Of a stretch of DNA of 64,000 nt, positions 24,247 through 37,414 are shown one piece after another. A program made the translations under genes and the position numbers. Under the pieces are notes generated by a model. It ran no database searches. It was given only the letters and a program-made list of their open reading frames with translations, and was not told where the DNA came from. The stretch comes from Balanoglossus misakiensis. Taxonomy: Eukaryota > Animalia > Hemichordata. Positions within the stretch are counted from its first letter, which is position 1; every line of letters starts with the position of its first letter. The stretch spans positions 11,730,894 through 11,794,893 of the forward strand of contig CM082589.2 of assembly GCA_040954595.2 (NCBI GenBank), given 5' to 3'.

Positions 24247-27200
24247 TCAGCTAAACCAGGCCGTAGGAAATCCGACGTAATCACCGTTGATAACTTACGC
24301 CAGTCTGTGTCATATAGAGCCGGTGCACCAGCCGAGTCACGCCGTAGGAAATCTGACTTGATCAACGTGGTCAATGTACGCCTGTTTCTGCTCTAGAGTG
24401 CCGGGGCTTCAGCTGAGCCAGGCCGTAGGAAACCCGACGTGATTACCGTTGTTAACTTACGCCAGTCTGTGTCCTATATATAGTGCCGGGGCATCAGCCG
24501 TGCCAGGCCGAAGGAAATGTGAGTAGATCAACGACGTCTCTGTACGCGTGTTTCTGCTCTAGAGTGCCAGGGCTTTAGCCAAGCCATGCCGTAGGAAATC
24601 TGACTTGATCAACGTGGTCTCTGTACGCGTGTTTCTGCTCTAGAGTGCCGTGGCTTTATCCAAGCCATGCCGTAGAAAATCTGACTTGATCACCGTTGCT
24701 AACGTACGCTAGTGTCTGTCATATTGTGACGGAGATTTAGCCGAGCCAGGCCGTAGAAATATCGACTTGTTCAACGTTACCAGTGTGCAACTGTTTCTGC
24801 TCTAGAGTATCAGGGTTTTAGCCGACTTATGCTGTAGGAAATTTGAGTTGATGAACGGGAATTCAATGTTAGAAAACCCGTGTGGAAAGTATCTCTACCC
24901 GTTTGAAACTAAGAAAATAATTTATTCTTATTTATTTTGTAAAAAAGACAATTTTTTCGAAAACAAGTCGAAAATGGTAATTTTGTCTTGGGTGATTCAA
25001 ATTATACCGCCTTTTCTGGAATTTGCATCACTTTTTACAAGAGAACGACACTTCATGCTCCATAATATTTCCGAAAATGAAGAAAAGAGTTAATTTTTTA
25101 TGATTTTTTAAAAATTTAATATTTTTGTCAAAATATGGCCAAAATGGCTATTTTTCTTGAATTCCGTCAATATCTCTGCATTTTTGGAGTGGTCGAGAGT
25201 TTTAACATACAATCAACATGTCATATATGATCAGGGCACCAAATTCGAAGAACAAAGGTTTTTTTTATTTTTTTTTCTAAAAATGACATTTTCAAGCAAA
25301 ATTTGATAACATGCAATTTTGTCTGCAGTGAGCCAAATTAGACGGTTATTTGTGGAATTTGTATCGATATATACATACGAAGAGCATTCTATACTCCATC
25401 AGATTTCCGAAAATGTAAAAAACAGGTATTTTTTGTAATTTTCAAAAATTTACTATTTTGACCAAATTGTGGCTAAAATTATTATTTTCGTGTTGAATGC
25501 CGCCAGTGTCACTGCTTTTAAAAGTCATAAAAACGTTTAACATACAAGCAATTGTTTATATATGATCAGGTCACCGAATTAAAAAAAAAAGAATGTTTGG
25601 CCTAAAAATGACCTTTTTGGTGCAAAAACGAATAAAACGCAATTTTGTATTAAATCAGCTCATTCAGAGTGCATTTTTTATAATCAGCACCATTTTTACA
25701 TATAATGGAAATTTCATACATCATCAGATATCCAAATATGAAAAAATGATTTAGATTTTAGATGATTGTCCAAAATTAGCTGATATCTAATAAATGTAGT
25801 ATTGAACCGTTCTGTCCCCCCCCCCTACATTATATGCGGTACGCCGATGTCAGCTTACCTGGCAGTACTGCAGGCCGTGCCCCCAACTAACGTCGGTGTT
25901 TGAAACGCCCTGGTTAAATTCGGGCTTTCTCTATAAATTGACAGGCAATAATGCAGTCCTACCCGAACAAATGTCGAGTGTTGACCCGCTGTGACTTTCC
26001 TTCTTCGGTTTGCCCGACTTAGCCAACGTCTTTGTACTAATGTGTCGGGTCTTTTGCAGAGCCAGGCCGAAGGAAATCCGACTTGATCACCGTTGCTAAC
26101 GAACGCTAGTGTCTGTCATGGTGTGCCGGGGTTTTAGTCGAGCCAGGCCATAGGAGATCTGACTTGATCATCGTGGTCAATGTACGCGTGTTTCCGCTCT
26201 AAAGTGCCGGGGTTTCAGCTAAACCAGGCCGTAGGAAATCTGACGTAATCACCGTTGATAACTTACGCCAGTCTGTGTCATATAGAGCCGGTGCACCAGC
26301 CGAGTCACGCCGTAGGAAATCTGACTTGATCATCGTGGTCAATGTACGCCTGTTTCTGCTCTAGAGTGCCGGGGCTTCAGCTGAGCCAGGCCGTAGGAAA
26401 CCCGGCGTGATTACCGTTGTTAACTTACGCCAGTCTGTGTCCTATATATAGTGCCGGGGCATCAGCCGTGCCAGGCCGAAGGAAATGTGAGTAGATCAAC
26501 GTGGTCTCTGTACGCGTGTTTCTGCTCTAGAGTGTCAGGGCTTTAGCCAAGCCATGCCGTAGGAAATCTGACTTGATCAACGTTGCTAGCGAACGCTAGT
26601 GTCTGTCATAGCGTGCCGGGGTTTTAGTCGGGCCAAGCCGTAGGAGATCAGACTTGATCAACGTGGTCTCTGTACGCGTGTTTCTGCTCTAGAGTGCCGG
26701 GGCTTTATCCAAGCCATGCCGTAGAAAATCTGACTTGATCACCGTTGATAACTTACGCCAGTCTGTGTCCTATATATAGTGCCGGGGCATCAGCCGTGCC
26801 AGGCCGAAGGAAATGTGAGTAGATCAACGTGGTCTCTGTACGCGTGTTTCTGCTCTAGAGTGCCAGGGCTTTAGCCAAGCCATGCCGTAGGAAATCTGAC
26901 TTGATCAAGGTTGCTAACGAACGCTAGTGTCTGTCATAGTGTGCCGGGGTTTTAGTCGAGCCAAGCCGTAGGAGATCAGACTTGATCAACGTGGTCTCCG
27001 TACACGTTTTTCTGCTCTAGAGTGCCGGGGCTTTATTCAAGCCATGCCGTAAGAAATCTGACTTGATCACCGTTGCTAACGTACGCTAGTGTCTGTCATA
27101 TTGTGACGGAGATTTAGCCAAGCCAGGCCGTAAAACAATCGACTTGTTCAACGTTACCAGTGTGCAACTGTTTCTGCTCTAGAGTGTCAGGGTTTTAGCC

Positions 27201-28825
27201 GACTTATGCTGTAGGAAATCTGAGTTGATGAACGGGAATTCAATGTCAGAAAACCCGTGTGGAATGTATCTCTACCCGTTTGAAACTAAGAAAAGAATTT
27301 ATTCTTATTTATTTTGTAAAAAAGACAATTTTTCGAAAAAAAGTCGAAAATGGTAATTTTGTCTTGGGTGATTCAAATTATACCACCTTTTCTGGAATTT
27401 GCAGCACTTTTTACAAGAGAACGACACTTCATGCTCCATAATATTTCCGAAAATGAAGAAAAGAGTTAATTTTTTATGATTTTTTAAAAATTTACCATTT
27501 TTGTCAAAATATGGCCAAAATGGCTATTTTTTCTTGAATTCCGTCAATATCTCTGCATTTTTGGGGTGGTCGAAAGTTTTAACATACAATCAACATGTCA
27601 TATATGATCGGGGCACCAAATTCGAAGAACAAAGGTTTTTTTATTTTTTTTTTCTAAAAATGACATTTTCAAGGAAAATTTGGTAAAACGCAATTTTGTC
27701 TGCAGTGAGCCAAATTAGACGGTCTTTTGTGGAATTTGTATCGATATATACATACGAAGAGCATTCTATACTCCATCAGATTTCCGAAAATGTAGAAAAC
27801 AGGTATTTTTTTGTAATTTTGAAAAATTTTCCATTTTGACCAAATTGTGGCTAAAATTGTTATTTTCGTGTTGAATGCCGCCAGTGTCACTGCTTTTAAA
27901 AGTCATAAAAACTTTTAACATACAAGCAATTCTTTATATATGATCAGGTCACCGAATTAAAAAAAATAAAGAATGTTTTGCCTAAAAATGACCTTTTTGG
28001 TGCAAAAACGAATAAAACGCAATTTTGTATTAAATCAGCTCATTCAGAGTGCATTTTTTATAATCAGAACCATTTTTACATAAATTGGAAATTTCATACA
28101 TCATCAGATATCCAAATATGAAAAAATGATTTAGATTTTAGATGATTGTCCAAAATTAGCTGATATCTAATAAATGTAGTATTGAACCGTTCTGTTTCCC
28201 CCCCCCCCTTACATTATATGCGGTACGCCGATGTGAGCTTACCCGGCAGTACTGCAGGCCGTGCCCCCAACTAACGTTGGTGTTTGAAACGCCCTGGTTA
28301 AATTCGGGCTTTCTCTATAAATTGACAGGCAATAATGCAGTCCTACCCGAACAAATGTCGAGTGTTGACCCGCTGTGACTTTCCCTCTTCGGTTTGCCCG
28401 ACTTAGCCAACGTCTTTGTACTAGAGTGTCGGGTCTTTTGCAGAGCCAGGCCGAAGGAAATCCGACTTGATCACCGTTGCTAACGAACGCTAGTGTCTGT
28501 CATGGTGTGCCGGGGTTTTAGTCGAGCCAGACAGAAGGAGATCTGACTTGATCATCGTGGTCAATGTACGCGTGTTTCCGCTCTTAAGTGCCGGGGCTTC
28601 AGCTAAACCAGGCCGTAGGAAATCCGACGTAATCACCGTTGATAACTTACGCCAGTCTGTGTCATATAGAGCCGGTGCACCAGCCGAGTCACGCCGTAGG
28701 AAATCTGACTTGATCAACGTGGTCAATGTTTCTGCTCTAGAGTGCCGGGACTTCAGCTGAGCCAGGCCGTAGGAAACCTGACGTGATTACCGTTGTCAAC
28801 TTACGCCAGTCTGTGTCCTATATAT

Positions 28826-29328
28826 TGTGACGGAAACCCAGGCGTTCCGCCTATTGAAAACCGGTAGCGCAGACGGACCCGCTCGAGCCTCTCACAAACA
28901 GCGCTGTCTTCACACGCGGCGGTAGGAACTCGCCGGAAAGCAAGCGTCTCGTCGAAGAAATCTGCCCACACCGAGCAGCTGAGGTAAACACGTCTCAGAT
29001 CTCGCGATCGGTGACCCGGGGCCGGCTATCCGGGAGGGATAAAACAGGACTAAACAGGAAAAGTCGCCCAGGGCCGAAACCGGGGTTCCTTCCTCAACAG
29101 ATCCACGCCAAAACTCTCCAAAACAACATGGTTGCAGGCTAAAAACGAGGCTAAACATGTGACCCAGAACGCACTTCTAATTGGTGTAGATACACCAAGG
29201 GCAAGATGGGGAAACCCTTCCATCCTTGTCAATCATACAAGACAGCCCAAAACGGTCACCACGACAGTGAAGCCATAGAAAAACACCATGCCAAATAATA
29301 AATCACATGGAATAGCAATTCCATAACA
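28826..29328 (-). repeat. Gypsy-1 3' LTR
   Basis: Direct repeat of 36094-36596 with roughly 10 substitutions and two 14-bp indels. Confidence 0.95.
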
Positions 29329-29852
29329 ACTCCCCCAACCTCGGCTTCGAAGTCCCTTGAGAACAGGAATAACTAAAATATAGGAAAGAAGGAAGAAAGG
29401 GGAATAACCAGCCCTGAACCAATCCGATCAGGGAAAACTTGCAATAACTGCAAGGTCCCAACTGTCTGTCAACAACATAAACCGTCGTCGTAGTAACACA
29501 ACCAAAAACCGCTGCCATGTGCTAAATGCACACCTATCATCGTCTTATGTCAAGTCCAAGCAGCTAAACAACTAACCTGCTAATCTGTCATAGGTCCTAC
29601 CTACCTACAAACAAGTTGCATGTATACAACCCCTGCAACTAACACAGAAAACACTATAACACTAGCAAAAGTCATAGCAAAAATCTGTCGAACAATCAGT
29701 AAATAGCATTTACTTTGTCAAACTCTAACTACTGAAAATCCTCATCTCAGATCAAGCACAAATCTTACTCTATAGTGAAAAAATGGCTCAGAAAAACACT
29801 GAAAACTTCAGAAAAATCTGGTATCAAAAACCACTCAAAGCTCAAGAAAACT

Positions 29853-32800
29853 TTAAATTCTCATTTCAAATGCACTGAACAATGTAGCATTACAACCATA
29901 GAACTCAGGCGGCTTCCTCTGTCGCCTAGGATACTTGGACTGCCTTGTGGCTTCCTGACTTTCAACCACAAAATCACCGTGACAAACACTGTCACTGTCT
30001 ACAACTAAATCTGGAGCACTACTCTCTTTCTGCATCTCTGTTGGCCCCTCAGCAGAATCAGCTACAAACTCTGATTCAGAATCCTGACCAGTGCCAACTT
30101 CAGCTTCGCTAACACTAACTTTCTCTTTGACATCAAAATCTTTGAAAGAGACTACTTCTGACTTGCTCACTTCAACTTTAGTAGTTGGCAAGTCCCCAGC
30201 TGAAGGTTTACCAACCTGCAGCCGCTGGTCAATGGGTAACATGTTCACCTTATCTAACCAGGAAGTGAGATCCTTCCCTTGATAAGCTTTCAACTTCTCA
30301 AAATGCACAATTTTGGGTTTAGCTCGTGGGCTCCTCTGTATGCGATAAACTACATCAGACAATCTACTGATAATCAGATATGGACCTTCATATGACAACT
30401 GAAGCTTTTGCGAATACCCTTTCCGCCTCCTTTCATCTTTTAACCATACAAAATTCCCCACATGAAATCCCTGCTTTGTAGCAAAACGATCATATCGCAC
30501 TTTCTGTCTGCGAGCTGTCGTTTGTAACTGCGACCTAGCATGTTCATGCACTTCATGCAATCTTTCTCTCAAATCGGAAACATAATCAGTCTCCTTCGAC
30601 CGATCTGGTCGCTCAGATGTAACTGCAACATCCAACGGGTATATCAAGTCTCTACCTAGCATTAACATGTTTGGTGTCTCCCCGGTTGAGGGATGCACAC
30701 TGCTACGGTAAGCAAATGTGGCAAGACTCAAGTTCTTGTCCCAATCCGACTGATTCTCACGAGGGTCCATATATGTACGAATGTAACTAACAATTTGCTG
30801 ATTGAATCTCTCCACAAAACCATTCGACTGTGGGTGCCTAGGGGTTGTGTAAGTCTTGTTTACTCCCAGGAGGTTACACACTTCCTTAAAAACATTCGAC
30901 ACAAAATTCCTACCCAAGTCGCTATGACACTCTAGTGGCATACCAAAAAGTTATCCAGCAAAACTCTTGCAATAGTAACAGCCTCCTCATTTGGCACGGC
31001 ATACGCCTCCATCCACTTAGAGAAGTAGTCCCCCACCACAAGTACTTTCTTATTTCCTGCACTTGATTCTGGGAATGGACCCAATACATCAATCGCTATT
31101 CTTTCCATCGGAGCACCGACAACATAAGACTGCAAGGGCGCAGGCTTTCTCACCCTCTGCTTCTTATTACGAGCACACATATCACATGCCCTCACATGAG
31201 CGCGCACATCTACGGACATGCCAAACCAGTGATATTTCAACCTGATTCTGCTCAAAGTACGACCAGTACCGCTATGTCCTCCAAACAACGAATCATGGAG
31301 AGTCTGTAGGACCAGCCCTACATAAACCTTAGGCAGCACCAGTTGCCACCTGACTATTTTACCATCTGGTGATTCCCATAACCTGTACAGAATGCCATCA
31401 TGAACACGCAAATGCTCATACATTGACCAATAAGACTTCAACGCAGGCGAACGAAATGACACTTCAGACCACTGTGGCTTGTCCTTACCAGACTCCACAC
31501 ATTGCATAAGAAAACCAATGTTCGGGTCACTCATTTGTTGTTTGCGTAATTCTTCCCGTGACCATAAGGGACCATGGTCGACCATGACATTATCACTGCA
31601 CATTTTCTCATCACTCAGATCATCCTCGGGAGCAAATGTTTTGTGCACAAATCCTCCTTTTTGGTCAAGGCGTCCCCAAACCTCAAACTCATCCTCTACC
31701 GGACCTTTCCGAGTTCCCGCTCCCTCAATGGCCCGATCCCTTGCCCCAACAAAAGACAGGTCATCACCGTTCTGATCCTCAACCGGTTCAGAACAATTGT
31801 CACCGTGCTGTCTACCGCACTGTTTACATGGGCGCAATGGTACCCTACTCAACGCATCAGCGTTCGTGTGTTTATTCCCTGAACGGTGAACAATTCGGAA
31901 ATCAAACGCACTCAAAGCCTCTAGCCAGCGGGCCAATTGCCCCTCGGGATTTTTATACCGAAGTAACCAGACTAGAGATGCATGATCTGTTCTGATCATA
32001 AATGGTCTACCTAACAAGTAGTGTCTAAAATGCTTGGCAAAGTATACCACTGCCAACAATTCCTTTCGCGTGACACAATAGTTCTTTTCCTGAGAACTCA
32101 GTACACGATTTCCAAAGCTAATGGGACGTTCCACTCCATCCTGAATTTGGCTAAGACAAGCACCAATCGAGGAGTGAGAAGCATCAGTATCCAGAATAAA
32201 TTCTCCCTTCTCTGATGGGAAGGCCAACACAGGAGGTGATGACAGTAGATCTTTCAACCGATCAAAAGCTATCTGACATTCATCACTCCACACAAAAATG
32301 ACATTTTTCTTCGTCAAATCTGTAAGGGGCTTTGCAATTTCCGCAAAGTTCTGTATAAACCTCCGATAATACGAAGCAAGCCCAACAAAACTGCGTACAT
32401 CAGTCAAAGATGTAGGTACGGGCCAATTTCTCAGTGTTTGAACCTTTTTCGGATCGGTTGACACACCCTCAGCCGACACAACATGTCCCAGGAATTCTAC
32501 TTGAACTGCAAACAAAGTACACTTCTTTGCTTTTAACTTCAGACCTGCTTCACGCAATTTGTTGAAAACAGTCTGCAACCGTTCCAATTCCTGCTCAAAA
32601 GATTCCCCAAACACAATAATGTCATCCAAATAGAGTAATAAAATTTCCCATTGCAATCCTTGAAAAACCTTTTCCATCAATCTTTCAAAAGTGCCAGGTG
32701 CACCGCACAATCCCATGGGCATTGTAGTCCATTCCAACAATTTACCAGAAGAAGTCACTATTGCAGACTTTTCTCTACTTTCCTTATCAAGCTTGACCTG

Positions 32801-34370
32801 ATGAAATCCCATATTCAAATCAAGGGTGGAAAACCAGCAAGCACCATGCATTGCTTCTAAATTGTCCTGTATTCTTGGAATAGGTTGGGCATTCTGAATT
32901 GTGACTGCATTGAGTCTCCTGTAATCAACTACTAATCTCTGTGTAGAATCCTTTTTCTTGACCAACAAACATGGCGAACTCCAAGGCGATGTTGACTCGA
33001 CTAACATGCCTTTGTCTACAAATGATTGAACTTGTCTCTCTATTTCAGTCTTTTTCCAAAATGGCGCACGATACGGTGCCACTTTCACTGGGGTAGCCTG
33101 TTGTGTATCAATCCTGTACAACATCGGTCAAACCCAAGTCATACGCATTCTTGCTAAAAACATCAGAATTATTTATCAACAGCGTTTGTACTTGTTCCTT
33201 TTGTTCGTCAGACTCAAGATGTTGCACACTACGATGATACAAATCCACTAAATGTGATGGCAATTTCTCAATGCCACGGGAAACAGATTTCCCATTGTTA
33301 TCATGCTTTTCACAAGTGTTGCCACTAGAGGGCGCACTATTTTGCACAACAGCTGATTTGTCACACTGATTCATGTCAACAGGAGAGCTGACATTACAAT
33401 CAACTGCTCTCTCCAGTCTGTACAAACCTACGACCTGACCTCGTTTGACCTCTATGTCCTTTATCCCTAAATTAATGACTCTTACAGGTAATAACCGTTG
33501 ACCCGGGTTTACCAGGGTAGACGCTGTACCCATCCCCTCAGGAAAATCCTTTAACATGGCTGTAGGCTCTACAGTAGCCACTAACTCAGACAAACACAGC
33601 ATATCCGCTGCAGACCTTTCACAGTGAGATGCCCGTGAACTTTGACCTTTCAGACTTTCATGACCTAGCTGACCTTTTCTAGGTTGTTTTGCCATTCTGG
33701 CTGGAATAATTGCTTCATGACCAGCTGGAATTATTTCATGAGAAGCAGCCTGTAATCTACAACTAAATGGTTTCAACCTTTCAGGACTTGTGGATAAAAC
33801 TTGGTCGCCCACAGAAACTGTACAATTTTGTAAATTGAGACTACAACCAAATTTAGTCAAAACATCCATACCCAGGATTCCTGGAGATCCATCGAGATAA
33901 TTTCCAACAAGAACAGAAGTGTCAATTTTCTCAGAACCAATCTCGATCTGCACAGCAACGCTGCCTGCTATATCAAGTTTTGAACCATTTGCTTGCACAA
34001 TATATAGTCCAGTTTCAGTCAAATGAGGACGCACATTGTCTGGCATACTATTAAAATAGTCAAATGAAATCAATGTGTGTGTACATCCAGTGTCAACAAG
34101 CATTTTGCTAGGCACCCCTTGGAATTTCACATCCAGCATCATACTGTTGACTGCATCATTACTATTTGTTTCAATGTGCTTCACCTTGTTATCATTCACT
34201 TTACATTTACAAGGAGCACACCTATCAACATCATCAGTTTCAACAACTGCAGTGCTGGTGTGCAGACGGGTTTGCTCACTGCTTTTGTTAATGACCTTTG
34301 ACCTCGTCTGAGACACTTCTTCTCCAGACTGATTTACTGGGACTGCTCGACGGTCAGCACGGACAGTCAT
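29853..34370 (-). pseudogene. Gypsy-1 pol (protease 34370-33108; RT-RNase H-integrase N-term 33124-30932; integrase core/C-term 30941-29853), frameshifted
   Basis: Protease LVDTG; RT SPWSSP, VDYRRLN, LDL..GFHQ, YLDD; RNase H DTDAS, RKELLA, TDH, NADALSR; integrase H..GH..C..C, IAID, HSDLGRNF, ERFN, GPY. Confidence 0.92.
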
Positions 34371-35709
34371 TTGGGGTTTAACTGACTCTTATCTGTTTTA
34401 CCCTTCTGCTCTTTCTGTTTAACCTGAGGTTCTGGACAGTCTCTTTTCAAATGACCAGAACGGTTACAATTCCAGCAGAGCCTTTGCTTTTTCTCAACTG
34501 TTGTTGTCTCACTAGAACTATTTTCCAACTTGTCAAGTCTTTTCATAATTTTTGCAAACATCTCCTGTGTATCAACCCTCACAGTAGACTGGCTATTTTC
34601 ACCATCCAAAGCCTGAGACACTTTGCCCCTAGAACGGCCATGTTTCTGCAAAGTTTGAAAGCTTTCTTCTAACAAAACCGCCCGCAGGACACTGTCCAGG
34701 GTTGCATCAGATAACTGACTAGCTTCATGTATTTTTCTCTGCAATGACATATCAGGGATTGCCTCGAAAAATGTCTCAATGCACAACCGTTCAATATTGA
34801 ACCTGTGACACCAGGGTAAGCCTTTATGATTATTTCACGGACTTGCTGAGCCAATTCACGCAGGGACTGGTTTTTACCACATACAATTGTTTTCACCGAA
34901 AGTCTGTAAACATCTTGCATGTGTGTAGTGCCAAACCGTTGACCCAGAATTGCACAAAGCTCATCATAACGTTTCACATTGCCACACCCGTGAGAAACAA
35001 AGCGTAATGCCCTGCCCCGTAGACGAGACATCAGAATGTTATACTTCTGATCAGGAGACCAACCGTTCAGTTCAGAACAAATATCAAAATGAGTCTTAAA
35101 CTCGCTGAAATCAGTACTACCATCATACGCCTCTGGCTTGACGAAATGAAATTTTGTTTGTGTAGTACCAGTTCCTGTATTACTGACAAACCCATTCCCA
35201 AGGGAACTATCCCTTCCCACACCGTCAGGAGAACCCCCAGAAATATTTCCCATCATTGATGATGTTACTGAATTGTCCTGACCCGGATATGACAGCACTT
35301 CAGGTGTTACCGCCGCCTGACGCGTGAGGGCGCTGTCCACTATGCTTGGCTTAGGTGTACTATGGACACTACCTAAATTTACCTCGCCCCCCTTCCCAAA
35401 CGTTTGCATAAATGTTTGAAGTTGTTGTGCCATATCACAAACTGATCGTTCCATTGTATTTAGTCGTCTACCGACATCGCGTTCATCCCCAGTATTCCGA
35501 CTAACTGCCCCTGAGGACACGCTCAGATGTCTACCACGACCCCTGCCTAACCTTCTACCTGTGCCCGATGAAACGAGCGGAGTTTTCAGGGCTTCATCAG
35601 AAATGACCGTAGAATTGACGTCTGTTCTCTCATACCCAGAATCAAACCTACTGTTGAAAACAACCTCCCTGTCCTGCGATAAATTCGTATTCCCTGTATA
35701 AGTAGCCAT
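34367..35709 (-). pseudogene. Gypsy-1 gag, one frameshift near 34780 (ORFs 35811-34669 and 34786-34367)
   Basis: KPEAYDGS..F..F..HF.....NGW....K...L...LRG.A capsid-like motif and CWNCNRSGHLKRDC zinc knuckle. Probable start ATG at 35709. Confidence 0.88.
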
Positions 35710-36072
35710 GATGCAATTTCCGGGCACAATGTTTTCTATGTAAAAAGAACACCTAAAATCGAACCGTCGACACAGAGATCTGTTCGGACGATGAATGCCT
35801 AAAATGAACACTGTATAGCTCCAAAATCACAGCAAAAGAAGGCGATACAAAAGCCTGCGGTTACCGTGTCGCACTGACCTGCGTTAACAGATCCCGTAAG
35901 GAGTACGGTGCCCAGAGTGCTAAACACGCCACAAACTCCTGTGACCTCTCTTTTGCACACAGCAATACAACCGTTCTCAACAAACAACATTCATCGACCA
36001 AACCTGACCGCTGAGTCGATCCAGACCTTGGCGAATATTCGAAAGGGGTCTCTGAACCAAAGTTGCCCTAAC

Positions 36073-36091
36073 AATCCCGCAGATGCCACCA
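36073..36091 (-). promoter_or_regulatory. Primer-binding site, tRNA-Leu-like
   Basis: Minus strand TGGTGGCATCTGCGGGATT begins 2 nt inside the 5' LTR boundary and resembles the tRNA-Leu complement TGGTGGCAGCGGTGGGATT. Confidence 0.6.
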
Positions 36092-36093
36092 AT

Positions 36094-36596
36094 TGTGACG
36101 GAAACCCGGGCGTTCCGCCTATTGAAAACCGGTAGCGCAGACGGACCCGCTCGAGCCTCTCACAAACAGCGCTGTCTTCACACGCGGCGGTAGGAACTCG
36201 CCGGAAAGCAAGCGTCTCATCGAAGAAATCTGCCCACACCGAGCAGCTGAGGTTAGCACGTCTCAGATCTCGCGATCGGTGACCAGGGGCCGGCTATCCG
36301 GGAGGGATAAAACAGGACTAAACGGGGCCGAAACCGGGGTTCCTTCCTCAACAGATCCACGCCAAAACTCTCCAAAACAACATGGTTGCAGGCTAAAAAC
36401 GAGGCTAAACATGTGACCCAGAACGCATTTCTGATTGGTGTAGATACACCAAGGGCAAGATGGGGAAACCCTTCTATCCTTGTCAATCATACAAGACAGC
36501 CCAAAACGGTCTCCATGGTAACACCACCACGACAGTGAAGCCATAGAAAAACAACATGCCAAATAATAAATCACATGGAATAGCAATTCCATAACA
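36094..36596 (-). repeat. Gypsy-1 5' LTR
   Basis: Direct repeat of 28826-29328. Confidence 0.95.
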
Positions 36597-37414
36597 ATAT
36601 AGTGCCGGGGCATCAGCCGTGCCAGGCCGAAGGAAATGTGAGTAGATCAACGTGGTCTCTGTACGCGTGTTTCTGCTCTAGAGTGCCAGGGCTTTAGCCA
36701 AGCCATGCCGTAGGAAATCTGACTTAATCAACGTTGCTAACGAACGCTAGTGTCTGTCATAGTGTGCCGGGGTTTTAGTTGAGCCAAGCCGTAGGAGATC
36801 AGACTTGATCAACGCGGTCTCTGTACGCGTGTTTCCGCTCTAAAGTGCCGGGGCTTCAGCTAAACCAGGCCGTAGGAAATCCGACGTAATCACCGTTGAT
36901 AACTTACGCCAGTCTGTGTCATATAGAGCCGGTGCACCAGCGGAGTCATGCCGTAGGAAATCTGACTTGATCAACGTGGTCAATGTACGCCTGTTTCTGC
37001 TCTAGAGTGCCGGGGCTTCAGCTGAGCCAGGCCGTAGGAAACCCGACGTGATTACCGTTGTTAACTTACGCCAGTCTGTGTCCTATATATAGTGCCGGGG
37101 CATCAGCCGTGCCAGGCCGCAGGAAATGTGAGTAGATCAACGTGGTCTCTGTACGAGTGTTTCTGCTCTAGAGTGCCAGGGTTTTAGCCAAGCCATGCCG
37201 TAGGAAATCTGACTTGATCAACGTTGCTAACGAACGCTAGTGTCTGTCATAGTGTGCCGGGGTTTTAGTCGAGCCAAGCCGTAGGAGATCAGACTTGATC
37301 AACGTGGTCTCTGTACGCGTGTTTCTGCTCTAGAGTGCCGGGGCTTTATCCAAGCCATGCCGTAGAAAATCTGACTTGATCACCGTTGCTAACGTACGCT
37401 AGTGTCTGTCATAG

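Larger units (their letters stand above)
28826..36596 (-). mobile_element. Ty3/Gypsy LTR retrotransposon (Gypsy-1), full-length, frameshifted
   Basis: 503-bp TG...CA LTRs at 28826-29328 and 36094-36596. 4-bp TSD ATAT at 28822-28825 and 36597-36600. Minus-strand PBS and PPT (GAGGTTGGGGGAGT, 29342-29329). Domain order gag-PR-RT-RH-INT. Confidence 0.97.

Noticed and set aside
29329-29852. env or extra ORF in the 3' regions of the Gypsy elements (also 51071-51563)
   Set aside because: Each region is only about 500 bp and has no long ORF.
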